This document shows, one piece after another, positions 24,601 through 38,694 of a DNA stretch of 64,000 nt. This DNA comes from Podarcis tiliguerta. Its lineage: Eukaryota. The stretch lies in NCBI GenBank assembly GCA_965153285.1, contig OZ229116.1; one strand, given 5' to 3'. The notes beneath the pieces are model-generated. The model searched no databases, was not told the DNA's origin, and saw nothing but the letters and a program-made list of their open reading frames with translations. The stretch's first letter is position 1. Each line of letters starts with the position of its first letter. Both the position numbers and the translations under genes were made by a program.

Positions 24601-25936
24601 AAAGGACATTTCTTCTGGGGCTTATTTTACATAGATTAGATCTCATTATTCAGCTTGCTCTTTAGTCTATATTCTTTTTATAGGCTTCTGGCTATATGAA
24701 TGAATTTAACAGCATGTGAATTTATTCTAATGAATAATACTCTTTTTCTGAGTGAAAAGGAGGCAAAGTGCAGCTACAGTAATACTTTAAAGCTTTCATA
24801 TCGACAATACATTTCAACCACACAGTTGTTTCATCTTATCTCAGATCAGATAGCTGAATGCTAATTTCCCAGACCATCCACCTCCCCCTGCCCTAAACCT
24901 TCAATATTAAGCAACTTGTTTGCTGAGAAATGTTGCTGCCACAAGTAAGATCTACTTCTATGAGCACCTGTGCAGAATTATGCAGAAGATGTGCATTAAT
25001 TGTTATCACTGGGCCAAGGATACATCTGTAGAAACATCCACTCTTTTATAACCAAGGACAGCAACCTCACTCCATAGCAGGAATAAGGAAGAAATAACTG
25101 AGATTAATTGCTGCCTCACACATTATGATGTTAACTGGAACACGTTCCAGACCATCTTTCCCGGTCTGCTGTAACTGCGAAGCTGAAAACAGCAGCCTTT
25201 TTCATATAGTCAAAGGCAGTTTGAAAGAGGGATCATGGTATGTACAATCACCCCATTTATGATAGGCAGTTTCTTGACATGTTTTATTGCTTTAGAACAC
25301 TGCAACACCTGTGTCTGTGTGCGGTGCACATTACCATGAGAAGCAAAACAACTATCAAACTAAATATCCCTACTTTACAAAAGTGTGGGCCTGGATGTAC
25401 TGTCATGTATAATGCAAATGGACCAAAAGTGGCTTATTGCAGAATGAGCTTTCACAGGCAAATGGGCTGTTAACTTGTGAGTCACCCTTTTGGCGCACAT
25501 GGTCAAGATTACTTAAAAGCATATTAGTTTACTCCTTAAATGTCATACTCACATTTAGGGTGGGAAATAGGTTGATTTCCACCACCACCCCAATTCATTT
25601 TTAATTTTTTAATTTTTTTTTTACACTTAAGCACAAAAACATTCTCTCAATTTCATTGCTTATGCAGCCAAAACCGCAACATTTAATGACAGGAGAGGGG
25701 GGATACACAAGCAGGGGTAAAAACAGCCCAATAGGCAATGATCATGCTCTGTGGCTATTGAATGTTGACTGGTTATTGGGGGAGAGAGAACACGAAACCA
25801 GGTGGAGGGAAAATGGTATGGAGTATCATGAGAAGGACATGGTCATCTGACAGAACACCACACTGCAGCGAGTATTCATTTATTTATTTTGCAGGGCCCC
25901 TTGTGGGAATTCTAATCTGCATTAGTGACTAAATAT

Positions 25937-26293
25937 AAAGGTAAAGGTAAAGGGACCCCTGGCCATTAGGTCCAGTCATGACCGACTCTGGGGTTGCGGC
26001 GCTCATCTCGCTTTACTGGCCGAGGGAGCCGGTGTACAGCTTCCGGGTCATGTGGCCAGCATGACTAAGCCGCTTCTGGCGAACCAGAGCAGCGCACGGA
26101 AACGCCATTTACCTTCCCACCGGAGTGGTACCTATTTATCTACTTGCACTTTGACGTGCTTTCGAACTGCTAGGTTGGCAGGAGCTGGGACCGAGCAACG
26201 GGAGTTCACCCCGTCGCGGGGATTTGTACCGCCAACCTTCCGATCAGCAAGTCCTAGGCTCTGTGGTTTAACCCACAGCACCACCCGTGTGCC
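25937..26293 (-). mobile_element. Sauria SINE, full length, young
   Basis: (aaaggt)n at left end, CpG-rich body, TSD agtgactaa. Confidence 0.95.
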
Positions 26294-27496
26294 AGTGACT
26301 AATTACCGTATAGAACTGACAAATATCAGCCTGGGCTAATTGATGATGCCTTTGCCAATCAGATACTCCCCTGGTACCCCTAGTAGCCAGGGCTGATGGG
26401 AATTGTAGTCCAAAACCTTTGGTGGGCACCAAGGTGGCCAAGGGTGCATTAATAGAAATGGGATTTTATGCAAGCCTCTAAGTGCTCCAGAATGTATGTA
26501 AACAAAATTAAATGTATTTCAGAAATAAGCTTGGAATCCCAACTGGTTGGCATAGAAGAGAAACTCGGGGTGTATGCAAATTCCCTCTCAAATTTGCTCA
26601 GTTTTTGGGATAGTGAAAAGTGACGGTTGGCGTTAAAACTGCTCATTTCATGTCCAAATATAGACTGGACTAAAGTGGTCACAGCAAAAACTAATGTTTG
26701 ATTTTAGACTTGAACATGAGTTCCATAATTAACACAAAGGAGTTATGCAGTAGTTACAAAGTAAGTAAGTCCAGAGAAACAAATACTTTTAAGTAATGTA
26801 AGCTAATTTGATACTGATGCCCAAGAAAACCAAAGAAGCACTAAGCTGACCTATTGTGTTATTTGATTACACTTCCCTTAACTAGAGTGGCAACATGGCC
26901 GCCACAAGACATTTTGCTGCCTGAGGCAGTGGTGGTCCTGCCCCATTCCAGCTATCTGGACTGCAATAGCCCACAGCAGGGTGGAGCAGTGCTGTGCAAA
27001 TGCACTCGCAGGGTTGCATTTGCACAGTGCCAACCTCTGCACACTTTGCCCTTCTCACTCTCTTTCCCAGTAAGCAGCATCAACTTCACACCTGGGAGGC
27101 CAGGTAAGTGCTCCCTCCCTTCCCCACTTTCCCTCCTACAGCAAGTTTGAGTTGCTCAGTGCTGCACATAATCATATTTAACTGTGTGACATGCTGCATG
27201 GCCAGTCTTATGAATCATGCTGTAACCAAGTCTCTGCTTGTTAGTTCTCTTTACACCCATGTGGTCTGACCCTGACTCCTTCCTCCAGGCTGATGCATGG
27301 AATGATGGCTTGGCCATCACAAACACAATACAAGATTGAATAACAACCTTTGGGGGCCTTGGTTTTAACATGCTCTGCTAAAATCTGTCCTACCATTTCA
27401 CGAAAATTTTCTTCTGAGAAAGTGGTTTCCATTTTTCCTCTTTGTTCTCTGTGCGCTTTGGAATCTCGGTGTGTGGAGAGTGGCAGCTGAGCATAC

Positions 27497-27589
27497 CTTA
27501 TTTATTTGCAAGGTGGACAAGGATGGAGTATGTGTCTTTAAAAAATGATAAACACCCTGCAGCCTCCCTGGCTGCCCACACTGCCTGTT
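27497..27589 (-). CDS. Candidate exon, phase 0-0 (NRQCGQPGRLQGVYHFLKTHTPSLSTLQINK)
   Basis: gcctttttcag| acceptor, AAG|gtatgc donor, 93 bp open. Confidence 0.25.
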
Positions 27590-27604
27590 CTGAAAAAGGC
27601 CCAC

Positions 27605-27902
27605 AGGAGGTGTTACCTCATGATGACTTCTTTCCCCTGGCTTCAGTTATAGGGCAGGCACCCAGGAAAGCTGCAGAATACAAACCACCAGGCAGATGAG
27701 GTGTGAAATGAAAGAAAGGGCACTCACAAACTTGCCTCATCCACCTTGAAACTAGGAGGTGTTACCTCATGATGACTTCTTTCCCCGGGCTTCAGTTATA
27801 GGGCAGGCACCCAGGAAGGCTGCAAAATACAAACCACCAGGCAGATGATGTGTAAAATGAAAGAAAGGGCACTCACAAACTTGCCTCATCCACCTTGAAA
27901 CT
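27605..27902. repeat. Head-to-tail tandem duplication, 2 x 149 bp
   Basis: 27605-27753 and 27754-27902 differ at five positions by my count. Confidence 0.95.
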
Positions 27903-29349
27903 AAGGAAAGTGAAACAAAAACTCTTCATGCTACTCAGGAGAATATCACTGAAGTTTTTTCCTCAGCTTTGATCTTTTTCGAATGCGATTTCTTTTCTCA
28001 TTAATTGACGGAGAATGGTTGGGAAAGGGAACAGAGGAGAAGTTAAGCACAGGACTAGCATTCCCTGTGGCAGGTGTTTAGTCTTCTTATTTGTGGTTTG
28101 AAATTATATTTTGGCCAAGAATGCAGTTAGAATCTGGAGGAAGAGACACCCTTAACTCTAGTTGTTTTCACTGTAAATAGGTGCAAATCTGCCAACTACT
28201 CACTTGAATTAACCTTCACAGGAGTTCATTCTCTTCTGTTTATTGGGTACCTTTGAGAGTATTGCCTGGGAAATTCTTAGGGCTTGCATGGATTGTACAA
28301 CCATAGTCTCTATATTTCCCACTAATCTTGCATCCTGTAACAGGAGTATTGTTCTTTTAACCATAATTTAACCAAAGCAGTGAAGCATTCACTGCAACTA
28401 CTAGCCACACAATGCATTCCAAATGCACTATGACATTATTTATTTACTTACTTACCAGAGTTATAAACTACCCGTTATCACATTGCAATCTCAGGGTGAT
28501 TTCCAATAAAATAGCAAAGATACAATAAATACAGTGAAACACTAAAAATAAATTCATATCATATCATTTCATATCAAAGAGCAAATAAGAGCAGATTGGT
28601 ACTATTCGAGTGAAGAACTGGTAGATTGGTACATGTTTATAATGAAACAGCAGGAGTTAAAGCCCTTCATTCCTTCATATTCTAACTGTATTTATGGTCT
28701 AAAGTTCATTTATTTGGCTTCAATGTACTTGCTTTTCTTGTTTTGTAACATTTTTAAAGCTGAAATGTTTAATTTGTTGATTTTTATAAAGTAATGAAGA
28801 GCCTTGAAATGGTTAAACAGGCCTTAAGAGAATTCCATTCTTTAATTCTTGCCCTTGTTCTGATCAACACAGCAGATTTTAAATGCAAGTAGATGAATCA
28901 TACTCAGAACTCTGATCCATAATTAAACCACAAAGAGGTTGTTGTGTTGAAATGTAGGGAGCTGGAAATCTTTGAATCGTGGCAAAAGATCTTTAAATTA
29001 CAAATTCAGATTTATTTATTTATTAAAAAGAAGTATGACATTAAAAAGCTTTCTTACTCTCTAACCTTATTTTGGAAAATTACCATGAGAGCATCCTAAC
29101 CAGCACACTCTGAGGCGACTGATAGGAGCTCTCCATGGTCTCAGACAGCACATACAGAGGTCTTATTTCCCATGCTGCTGTACCAAAGTTGGCAGGTCCA
29201 ATGTCTGTCATCGTGTGTGTGTGTTTTCTGCCACTGTGGCCCTTCTTAAGGGTCCCTACTTAGTATGCACAACCTTTTTCATAATCCTATTCATGACAAT
29301 GTTATCCCCATTTTGCAGTTTGAAGAACTGAGCTGGAGAGACGACTTGG

Positions 29350-29646
29350 CCCACATGGTGGCAACCCAAGAACAGGGTCTTCTCTGCAGTGGCTCACCAT
29401 TTTTGTAGAATGCTCTACCCAGGGAGATGCATCTGGCACCTTCATTATACATCTTTAGGTGTCAGGTGAAAATGTTCCTCTTTGACCAGGCTTGGGCTGA
29501 TTAACAGTCTTTGTCCTTTTGTGGGAGGGGGTTATTATGTTTTGTTCTTGTTTTTATTATGCATTTTGTGGTTTTATTCTTTATTTTATGCTGTGAACCA
29601 CCTTGAGATCTTTGGGTGAAGGGTGGTATACAAATTTAATAAATAA
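29350..29646 (+). mobile_element. L2-clade LINE 3' end, old
   Basis: agggtcttctctgcagtggctcacca...aatgctctaccc motif and ...gggtggtatacaaatttaataaataa terminus. Confidence 0.7.
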
Positions 29647-30896
29647 CAGCAGCAGTAGCAATTTTGGGGACGTAGCATTGGTACAATCCAACCCAACATT
29701 CTTGATCATGGGTATGAGAAACCTGTGCCCTTCCATATATTGTTGAACTTGAATTTCTATAGTCTCTGACCACTGAGCATGCTGGCTGAGGCTGATAGGA
29801 GTTCAGGACCACAAGATCCCTACCTCTGCTCTGCCAGCAGTGGCAAGGTTTCTCCAAGGCCTGGAGAAGAGCCTGTGAAGAAATCCTTGCTCTCATGCCC
29901 CTCTGTTTTGGCTGACATTATCTCCTGCCAGACTTTTTGATCCACAATTAGAGATTAGACGGTATGACAGGAAAGTGGAGTATCCAGGTGTTAATTAATG
30001 CTGAGATAACCATCTTCCTCTGATCCCAGGTGTTGTGTGCCTAGTATCCATTTACTCCCCAACAGGTGTGAAATGTGACATGAGGGCTGATGGTCACTGA
30101 ATGGCAACTGTCACTCAAACCACCATGGAGGCTAGAGCCCTTAAAGTTACTGAATGAAAGCCTTTCTCCCCACCTCCCACCCTTGTGGGATCTGCCTGAT
30201 GGTGAGTGATGACTCACCATCAGGAAACCTGCAAACGATTCATTGCTGCTTTACCCTTGAGAAGGCCAGGGCACCAAGTTGTTAGTAAATGGCTTAGAAT
30301 TTGTCAGGTTAGAGCCACAGAGCTCCTTTTGTTTCAGCATTCTGTTTTGTCCATTCGCCTTCTCCTCCCCTTTGTTTTAGTCTTAATATAACTTTTTTAT
30401 TATTCTTAATGAAACTGCATATAATTTTGGCTCATTTGGTCTGGAATGTGCATTTGCCAAGTTCAAGGATCTTTGTGATCTCCTGTGCAGCTTGATTCGT
30501 GGAATTCATGCTATAGGAATTCATGCTATAAATGGTGGCAGCAGTTACTGGGTAATTAAATTGCAACTGGACACCCTACAGGGCTGTTGGGGAAGGGAGG
30601 GTCACAAGAGGCTCTCTCTTGTTGCACTGAGCCAGCAAAACTGTCACTTCCACCCATAACACTCAAACCTACCAACAGCTTCAGAGCCTGAAAAACAGGC
30701 CAATAAGAACCAGAGAGCAGCCAGAAGCAGGTGCCTAGTTGGAAACAGACTCAGGGCAGGTTCTGGAGCAGATATATAGCCAAAGACAGGCTAGGGGTCA
30801 AGTAGCAAGTAAGGTGAGGCAAGGCTGTTCAGCATCTCCTCAGAAAGACAGGAGGAATGAGGCATGGATTGATATTTTCAATTGATATTGATATCT

Positions 30897-31380
30897 TGTA
30901 CCTGCGGGACCCCCTCTCCTGGTATGTCCCACAGAGGACCTTACAGTCTTCAAATAAAAACATCTTGGATATCCTGGGCCACAGGGGGGTTAGGCTGGCC
31001 TCAACCAGAGCCAAGGCTTTTTCGGCCATGGCCCCGATCTGGTGGAACGCTCTGTCACAAGAGACTAGGGCCCTGCGGGACTTGACATCTTTCCGCAGGG
31101 CCTGGAAGACAGAGCTGTTCCACCAGGCCTTTGGCCAGGGCACAGCCTGACTCGCTCCTTCGGTAATCCACATAGAACTCTAGCCCAGTGGTTGCCATTA
31201 ATTTGATTTTGAATTGATTTTAGAATGAATTGATTTTAGAATGCATTTCAATTAATTGATTGTGATTTTATGTAAACTGTGTTACTTTTATTGTTGTTAG
31301 CCGCTCTGAGCCCGGCTTCGGCTGGGGAGTGTGTGGGATATAAATAAAATATTATTATTATGATTATTATTATTAATTAT
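30897..31380 (+). mobile_element. L2-clade LINE 3' end
   Basis: YLRDPLSWYVPQRTLQSS...RAKAFSAMAPIWWNALSQETR...FRRAWKTELFHQAF ORF2 C-terminus; (ATT)n tail. Confidence 0.88.
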
Positions 31381-32933
31381 AAGGTCTGTGAGAACCCTTT
31401 TGGTTCCTTGGATCACCTAGCTTGGCTGAAGAGAAGCAGTCCTGTCTCTATCATTCACTGCAAAAATCTTCCTCCTAGGCACCATAAATCACCATCCCAC
31501 AGCCATCTGGTTGGCCACTGTGAGAACAGGAAGCCAGATTCAATGGGCCACTGTCTTGATCTAGCAGGCTCTTCTTATGTTTATCTTCTCACCGTAGCCA
31601 TAACACCAAAAGCAAAGCACAACAACCCCAAAGCTACACCTGAATTCATTTTTTGTTCCTGTATATTGTGTCTCATGGGCTAGTTCAAATAATCACCGTT
31701 TATCTTCTTTTGCTTCTTTTTGGGCATATTGTTTTGCTCTTGGAACTCCCCTCCAAGCTGCTGCTATTCTGAAAGATAGCCAGCTGCCTCTTGCCAAGCA
31801 ATATGCTCCCTTCCTAATCTTTGTGAAATCAAATGGGTGCTGCCTGGTTAGTTTCCATTAACCTAAGCGTAGTAAGTCTTAGCTACTAAGCAAATTATTT
31901 TCCAAGGGAACCTAAGTGGTATATAGGCAGTCTATTGTTCCACTTGCGTGGAGAAATCCCGGCTGCATAAACTGGACGGCCATTAAGTGGTTTTGAAATA
32001 ACGCATGCCGGTTCTGCAATGCACTGAATCACCTTTGTATATTATATCCATTTACTAAGGGGGGCTTCAGCCTCTGAATTGTGTGAAGGGCTGAACCACA
32101 AATGCATTGGGGAGTGCCGAAGGATGTTCAATTACAACCCACAAGGACCCTTGCTCATATTGCTTGTGAGAGAGGATCCCACGTGACTCTAAGAATAGCC
32201 TGTGGCTTGGATCCAAAGCTCCTTGTATGTGACCTAAAGGTTCATCTTTGGTATTGGGAAGGTTGGCAATTTCCCCCACCCCCAGTTTCAACTACCACTG
32301 CCATGGTTAGTTCCACAACACGTGCAGCTCCAGAGTGCCTTTTCAGGGCAAGTGGGTCACTGCAACCGAGGGAATGAGGATCACTGTCCCCTCAAGGTAG
32401 AAGAGAAGCTTTCCATGTGGACCCATGGAGATCTTGGATCCAAGCCAATAAAAGAAATGGTTTTATAACACAAAGGAGCAATGTAAAATAAACATATGAG
32501 GGAAACTTATTTAGATTACCTTTTTTATAAAAAAGGTTCATAAATACATTTTATTACTTAAATTAAAAAAAAAACATCGCCCTAATTCCACCAGCTTCAT
32601 TTCCTTTTTGAATGCGGCCCTTCTAGTTCATTTAACATGAAATAACAGATTTGTGTTGATGGTGTTTTGTTCTTGATAGTGAGAGAAGTTGTTACTGAAA
32701 AGAAAAAAATTAGCTACTCACCCTGAAGCAATCACTTACATTCCAGTCCCTGAGTATAAAAAGGAATGAGGAGAGCAGATGGAAGCAAACAAAAATTGTA
32801 TTAATAATACATAACAAAGTGCTGCCTACAAATGATATTTCAATAGAAGGGGGGGATGCAAGAAAAGTGTAGCTTTCATTGGACCTTAATGTCTTTATCC
32901 TTCCCTAATGCTTCCATCTTCCAGAAGCACTCT

Positions 32934-33097
32934 NNNNNNNNNNNNNNNNNNNNNNNNNNNNNNNNNNNNNNNNNNNNNNNNNNNNNNNNNNNNNNNNNNN
33001 NNNNNNNNNNNNNNNNNNNNNNNNNNNNNNNNNNNNNNNNNNNNNNNNNNNNNNNNNNNNNNNNNNNNNNNNNNNNNNNNNNNNNNNNNNNNNNNNN
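32934..33097. other. N-run of 164 bp (probable mask over conserved sequence)
   Basis: Followed by about 500 bp of unique TAAT/ACAAT-rich sequence. Confidence 0.5.
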
Positions 33098-33919
33098 TTT
33101 TCAGCTCCTAGTTATTCCAGGAATAATGGGTTTGGGATTCATCTTTAGAAAACTTGCATTAATATTTGAAAGCATTTAAATCCATTAGTGGGTCATCTGA
33201 ACACTGCAGGTCACTTTTACATTGCTAATTGAAACAATAGTAATGGGTTATAATCTACGTCTAATAACGCTCAGCGTGTTTTACCGGTTTTATATCTGAA
33301 GATTCCAGGAAATATGTAAATTTGTTGCTGAACCATTCTAAAATATGGAAATCTGAGTTACAAACCAAACTTGTTCTTGCAACGGGGGGGACGGGGGGGA
33401 CACAGCATTAATAAACTGAAGAGTGACATTATATTTTAGTGTCAGGAGAAGTTTCTTTCAATAGACCTTCCAGTGTTCATTGCAATATACGCTGAAGGCT
33501 TAACATCTGGCACTCACATTTTCCACATTACGATTAGGAGAAAGTGAATATCATTAAAAACCAGTGAGTAAACAATCATGTCATTGTTTCCATATGTGAG
33601 CTATACATTGATTTTGTAAAGCTTCCCCCCCCTCTCCCCTTTTTTTTGGGGGGGGGGGGTCTTACATAAATTTATGCAAATGTTTTGTTTTCCGTACTCC
33701 TCTCAAATTACCCAGGTATTTCTGCCTTATGTGACAGTAATTGTGTCATGTGCAAATGTAGGTTTTGTCGCTCTGTATGTGTGTGGGGTGGGGGGTGGGT
33801 GTTAAGCAGAACCAGTAAAAGGAAAAAAGGGGGGGAAAGACTCATAATTGAATAGAGCTCCAATTGATGCTTAAAGCCTCATTTTCATTTTTAATTAAAT
33901 GCACACCTTGGGCACTTAC

Positions 33920-33986
33920 CTGAATCTTCATGGACTTAATTACATTCTGATGGTACAGACAAGCCAAGAAGGAACTTCTCATTAGA
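33920..33986 (-). CDS. Candidate exon, phase 2-0 (xLMRSSFLACLYHQNVIKSMKIQ)
   Basis: ctctttccctgctcag| acceptor, consensus CAG|gtaagt donor, 67 bp. Confidence 0.4.
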
Positions 33987-34151
33987 CTGAGCAGGGAAAG
34001 AGCTTTAGTACATTTCGGTGCATGTATGTCTGAATACAGGCATGCTTTTCATCCCCAGTCTCCATTCACCTGCATGTTGATGAGCATAAAAAAATAGGCT
34101 GCCCTCTAAATTTAAAACTCACATCGTGTTTATAGACCTTTGCCATTAAAC

Positions 34152-34657
34152 ATCACATCATTAGAGACATCACCTTGCCAACAAAGGTCCGTATAGTAAA
34201 AGCTATGGTTTTCCCAGTAGTGATGTATGGAAGTGAGAGCTAGACCATAAAGAAGGCTGATCGCCGAAGAATTGACGCTTTTGAATTATGGTGCTGGAGG
34301 AAACTCTTGAGAGTCCCATGGACTGCAAGAAGATCAAACGCATCCATTCTTAAGGAAATCAGCCCTGAGTACTCACTGGAAGGACAGATTCTGAAGCTGA
34401 GGCTCCAATACTTTGGCCACCTCATGAGAAGAGAAGACTCCCTGGAAAAGACCCTGATGTTGGGAAAGATGGAGGGCACAAGGAGAAGGGGACGACAGAG
34501 GATGAGATGGTTAGACAGTGTTCTCGAAGCTACAAACATGAATCTGACCAAACTGTGGGTGGCAGTGGAAGACAGGAGTGCTTGGCAAGCTCTGGTCCAT
34601 GGGGTCACGAAGAGTTGGACACGACTGAATGACTAAACAACAACAACAACAACAACA
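34152..34657 (+). mobile_element. Bov-B (RTE) LINE, 5'-truncated
   Basis: RVPWTARRSNASILKEISPEYSLEGQILKLRLQYFGHLMRREDSLEKTLMLGK, (CAA)n tail, TSD gccattaaac. Confidence 0.95.
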
Positions 34658-35375
34658 GCCATTAAACTGGAACAGTACAACTATTTTATAGTCAGCATTC
34701 CTGCACTTTGCATACAGTACTTGTTTTATCTATCTGGCATAACCAAAGGGTAACCAAAACATTTTGGCAATCTGAAATTTTGATAAGTGGATATGTCATT
34801 AAAATTATGATGCAGCTGCTATAGCGACATATGATGAAGATGGACAACTAGAAACAAGAACATGCAGAATCTGTCCCTGTATCGTCATGGGGTTTTCTGT
34901 CCCCCCACTTCGATGTTTTTGGATATACATGGAAATTCCATGAAATTTCATGGATAATCTTCCATTTAGGAGCTATAGGCACAAGAAATGGTGCAGCAAT
35001 GAGATAGAATAAAAAAAACACCACAGAAAATGGGATGGGAAGTTGATAAAACAAAAGGGAAAAATACTATGTTTTGGAATTTTATGTGAAATTTGTGGAA
35101 ATCTAATAAAATATATTATATTAAAAAAGGAACTATAGGCACAAATTAGATATGAAACCAAATGGTCACCTAAAGGCGGTTGCTCTTCATCACTTTTATT
35201 TGGGACAGGTGAATCTTTTCCATCATTTTTGCATTTATTTACTTATGCATTTCTAATACAGTTTCTCATTTTCTAGACCACTTTTTGGTTGTAACAAGAA
35301 GTGGTTAACAATGGCATTCCAAACTGGTAAGGCCACTAAAACTACTTTAACATTTAAACAAAATTAAAGCCAGGG

Positions 35376-35410
<35 letters not shown>

Positions 35411-35454
35411 CCATCTATGTTCACCCAGAAGTTTACATCTGCATTTTAAAAATA

Positions 35455-35696
35455 CAGTGGTACCTCGGGTTAAGTACTTAATTCATTCCGGAGGTCCATA
35501 CTTAACCTGAAACTGTTCTTAACCTGAAGCACCACTTTAGCTAATGGGGCCTCCCGCTGCCGCCGCGCCGCCGGAGCACGATTTCTATTCTCATCCTGAA
35601 GCAAAGTTCTTAACCTGAAGCACTATTTCTGGGTTAGCAGAGTCTGTAACCTGAAGCGTATATAACCTGAAGCGTATGTAACTCGAGGTACCACTG
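35455..35696. mobile_element. Tc1/mariner-type MITE
   Basis: TA|CAGTGGTACCTCG...CGAGGTACCACTG|TA. Confidence 0.92.
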
Positions 35697-36632
35697 TAAA
35701 TCCATGCAAGAAACGGTTGTGACAAAAACATTACTTGTTTCTAGCTAGAATTACTGTAGCAGAAAAATGAGAATGCCTTTCAGGTTGAAAGGATCAGGAG
35801 GCTGATGTAATGAATCTCATAACCCCATTGCCTGAAGGTCCAAGGTCCAGATGTAGCTCAGCACCATGGTAAGGTACCTGGCCTTTGTGACGTGGGTGGT
35901 GATCCCACCTCACAGAGACAATTTGTTGAGATAGGCTTAGCAATGAGGCAACAGTCTGTACATGGAGGTGAAAAAGTTCCTCAGCTTTTGATATGTAATT
36001 CAGTAATAAGATGGGAAATGTTTACAATTTAAAAATAATACAATGAGGCATGGTCATAGCTGGGGGCATTATCAAATCATTGTTCTTTCGCTGTGATCAA
36101 AAAGCAAAATTATGGCTGGCTTTCCACCCTTGAAGGGGATAAACAGCATTTTTGGTCCTTGTGTCCTACTGTGTTCCGTTCACTCCTATAGATGTTACAT
36201 AGCTGCATGGTACAATTCATGTTTCTTGTGTCCTTCTCAGCCAATGTTTATCATTTTTTAAAATCAGTTATTGAATATGTGCTGAAGCACTTACTCAATT
36301 GTAAGATTTGTAAAAATAGGAACATCAGCAGAAGGAGATCTATACCTATCCAACTACGCATTGCAGAGGCCTCCGCAGTAGATGAGACCCGCCTGCAGCA
36401 GCAGAGCTCATCTCCAGTTGTGGTGAGTCTCCTCTTCTCAGTCCTTATCACATCTAGTCACTGGTTAGGACCAGGGCTTTTTTTTTCTTCTAAAAAAATG
36501 TTTAGGGGTACTCCCATTTTGACACAATAAAATCACCATTTTATAGTTCAATTTGGGAAAAATAAATACACTAAATGGATGAAAGTACCTCATATTGCCT
36601 CATATTACACAGCTGACAGCTCATATTGAAAT

Positions 36633-37008
36633 GTAGTTGTTTAGTCGTGTCCAACTCTTCGTTACCCCATGGACCAGAGCATGCAAGGCACTCCTGTCTT
36701 CCACTGCCTCCTGCAGTTTGGGCAAACTCATGCTGGTAGCTTCGAGAACACTGTCCAACCATCTCGTCCTCTGTCGTCCCCTTCTCCTTGTGCCCTACAT
36801 CTTTCCCAGCATCAGGGTCTTTTCCAGGGAGTCTTCTCTTCTCATGAGGTTGCCAAAGTATTGGAGCCTCAGCTTCAGGATCTGTCCTTCCAGTGAGCAC
36901 TCAGGGCTGATTTCCTTAAGAATGGATCGGTTTGATCTTCTTGCAGTCCATGGAACTCTCAAGAGTCTCCTTCAGCACCATAATTCAAAAGCGTCAGTTC
37001 TTCGGCGA
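36633..37008 (-). mobile_element. Bov-B (RTE) LINE, 5'-truncated
   Basis: Reverse complement of the 3' part of the 34.2-34.6 kb copy. Confidence 0.93.
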
Positions 37009-37082
37009 TATTAAAGTACTGCCCCTCAATGAGGCCAAACCTTCATCAGTAAAACACCACACGTCCACATTCCACACTGCTT

Positions 37083-37310
37083 CACACATTAAATGCTCGC
37101 TTCCATCTGAGACTCAGGAAACACCGGGAAAGGAAATGAAGCCACCATCAGAGGTGGTAACAACAAAACTGACCAATCATCATGCTATATTCCAACTCCT
37201 GCATCATACATTAAATGCTTGCTTCTGTCTGAGACTCAGTAAACACCATGACAGGAAATGAGGCTGCCATTGGGGGTAGCAGTGGAACTGATGATCCACC
37301 ATGCTATTCA
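37083..37310. repeat. Old tandem duplication of about 120 bp
   Basis: ca.acattaaatgct.gcttc..tctgagactcag.aaacacc....aggaaatga recurs at about 37083 and 37205. Confidence 0.75.
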
Positions 37311-37879
37311 ATGGAACTGACGATTCACCGTGCTAGAGAAGAAACTAAAAATGTTAAACATTTTAGTTTCTTCTCCCATTAGATTCACAAAGTTTTTGTT
37401 GTTTAAAAAACAAAATAAAAAAGAAATCAGAATAAAAATAAGTAAAAATTGGCAAAAAAGTACATTTTCATGTTTTTTTATTAGAAAAAAACCACATCTT
37501 TTAAATATACGAAACCACCTCCGACCAGCAATGTGGGAAGTAGTTATGTCAATAATTGAAATATAGTCTACTAAAAGCATATGATTAAAAAACAGGAAAA
37601 TAAAAAAGGGCTTCACCACAGTGTGTCAGGCAAGCCTGCCTGGGGTGACAATTCCACTATGAGGACACCACCACCAAAAATACCCTCTCCCTAGCAACCA
37701 CCCACCTTACCTGGGATAGCTGGAGAAGGGCATGTGATGAGGATCTTAAGAACTAGGCTTGCAGGTAGAGCAATCCAAAGAGGTATCTCTACCAGCGGCC
37801 AGCATAAGCTTCCAAAATTGAAGCGGTTGCTGTTAATAGCATGTAATTAAAAAGAGATTTTGGCACATTTAAGCAAAGA

Positions 37880-38420
37880 AAAGCAAAACTCTTGAAAAAT
37901 ATAAATTTCACAACTACACTGAGGCATGTCCTCTAAAGAATTTTTAACGGAACTGAAACTGATGAGTTGAACCTTCAATAATGGACAGGTAACAGACTAC
38001 ATCATAAGATATCAGACTGTTATTGTAACTAGAGATCCAAAGTTGCAAAAAAGGATAGGGAAAAGACTTTTGGAAAACATCAATTTAAGTTCAAAGAAAG
38101 CAGTCAGAATGTGCAGGCAACTGAGATTACCTGCACCGGGCAAAAATAATAGAGGTTAAACCAGATGCTATTACTGTAAACACAGTGCCCAGAATGCAGA
38201 AAGGAGAGCAAGGGAAAATCAAGGGAGCAAGCCAAGAGAGCAGGAAAGTTTGAAAACAAGCCATAGTAAAACGAACCAAGAAATAGTGTAAGAAGATGCA
38301 CAAAAGTTAAAGCTATGTATGTATACTGAAGTCCTCCACGTCTTGCACTGGGCAAGTGCTGCAATTTGTACAAGTAAGAGGCAATCATTTTGCCAAAGTG
38401 TGCAATCAAAAGAAACAAGT
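37880..38420 (+). pseudogene. Degenerate Gypsy gag fragment
   Basis: FLTELKLMS*...IIRYQTVIVTRDPKL...KRLLENINLSSKKAVRMCR and zinc-knuckle remnant ALGKCC...NHFAKVC, with stops and frameshifts. Confidence 0.7.
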
Positions 38421-38694
38421 TCAAGAGAGATAATGGAGAATGAAAGCTAATGAGGTAGTGTAGAACAACAGTGGACATAACGGTAGAAAAGAATTCCGTA
38501 TGGATGCAATGTCTGAAGAAACAGGACGTGTGCTTAGAGTGAAACAACACTGATTTCTAGAGGCCTGATGGAAAGAGAATGGCTCTTTGGCCTTATTATA
38601 TGAACTCAGGAACAAAAGACACAGGAAGCTGCCTTTCAACAGGTTATTTATCCATCTAGTCCAATATTGTCTATTCTCTCTGGCAGCAGCTACA

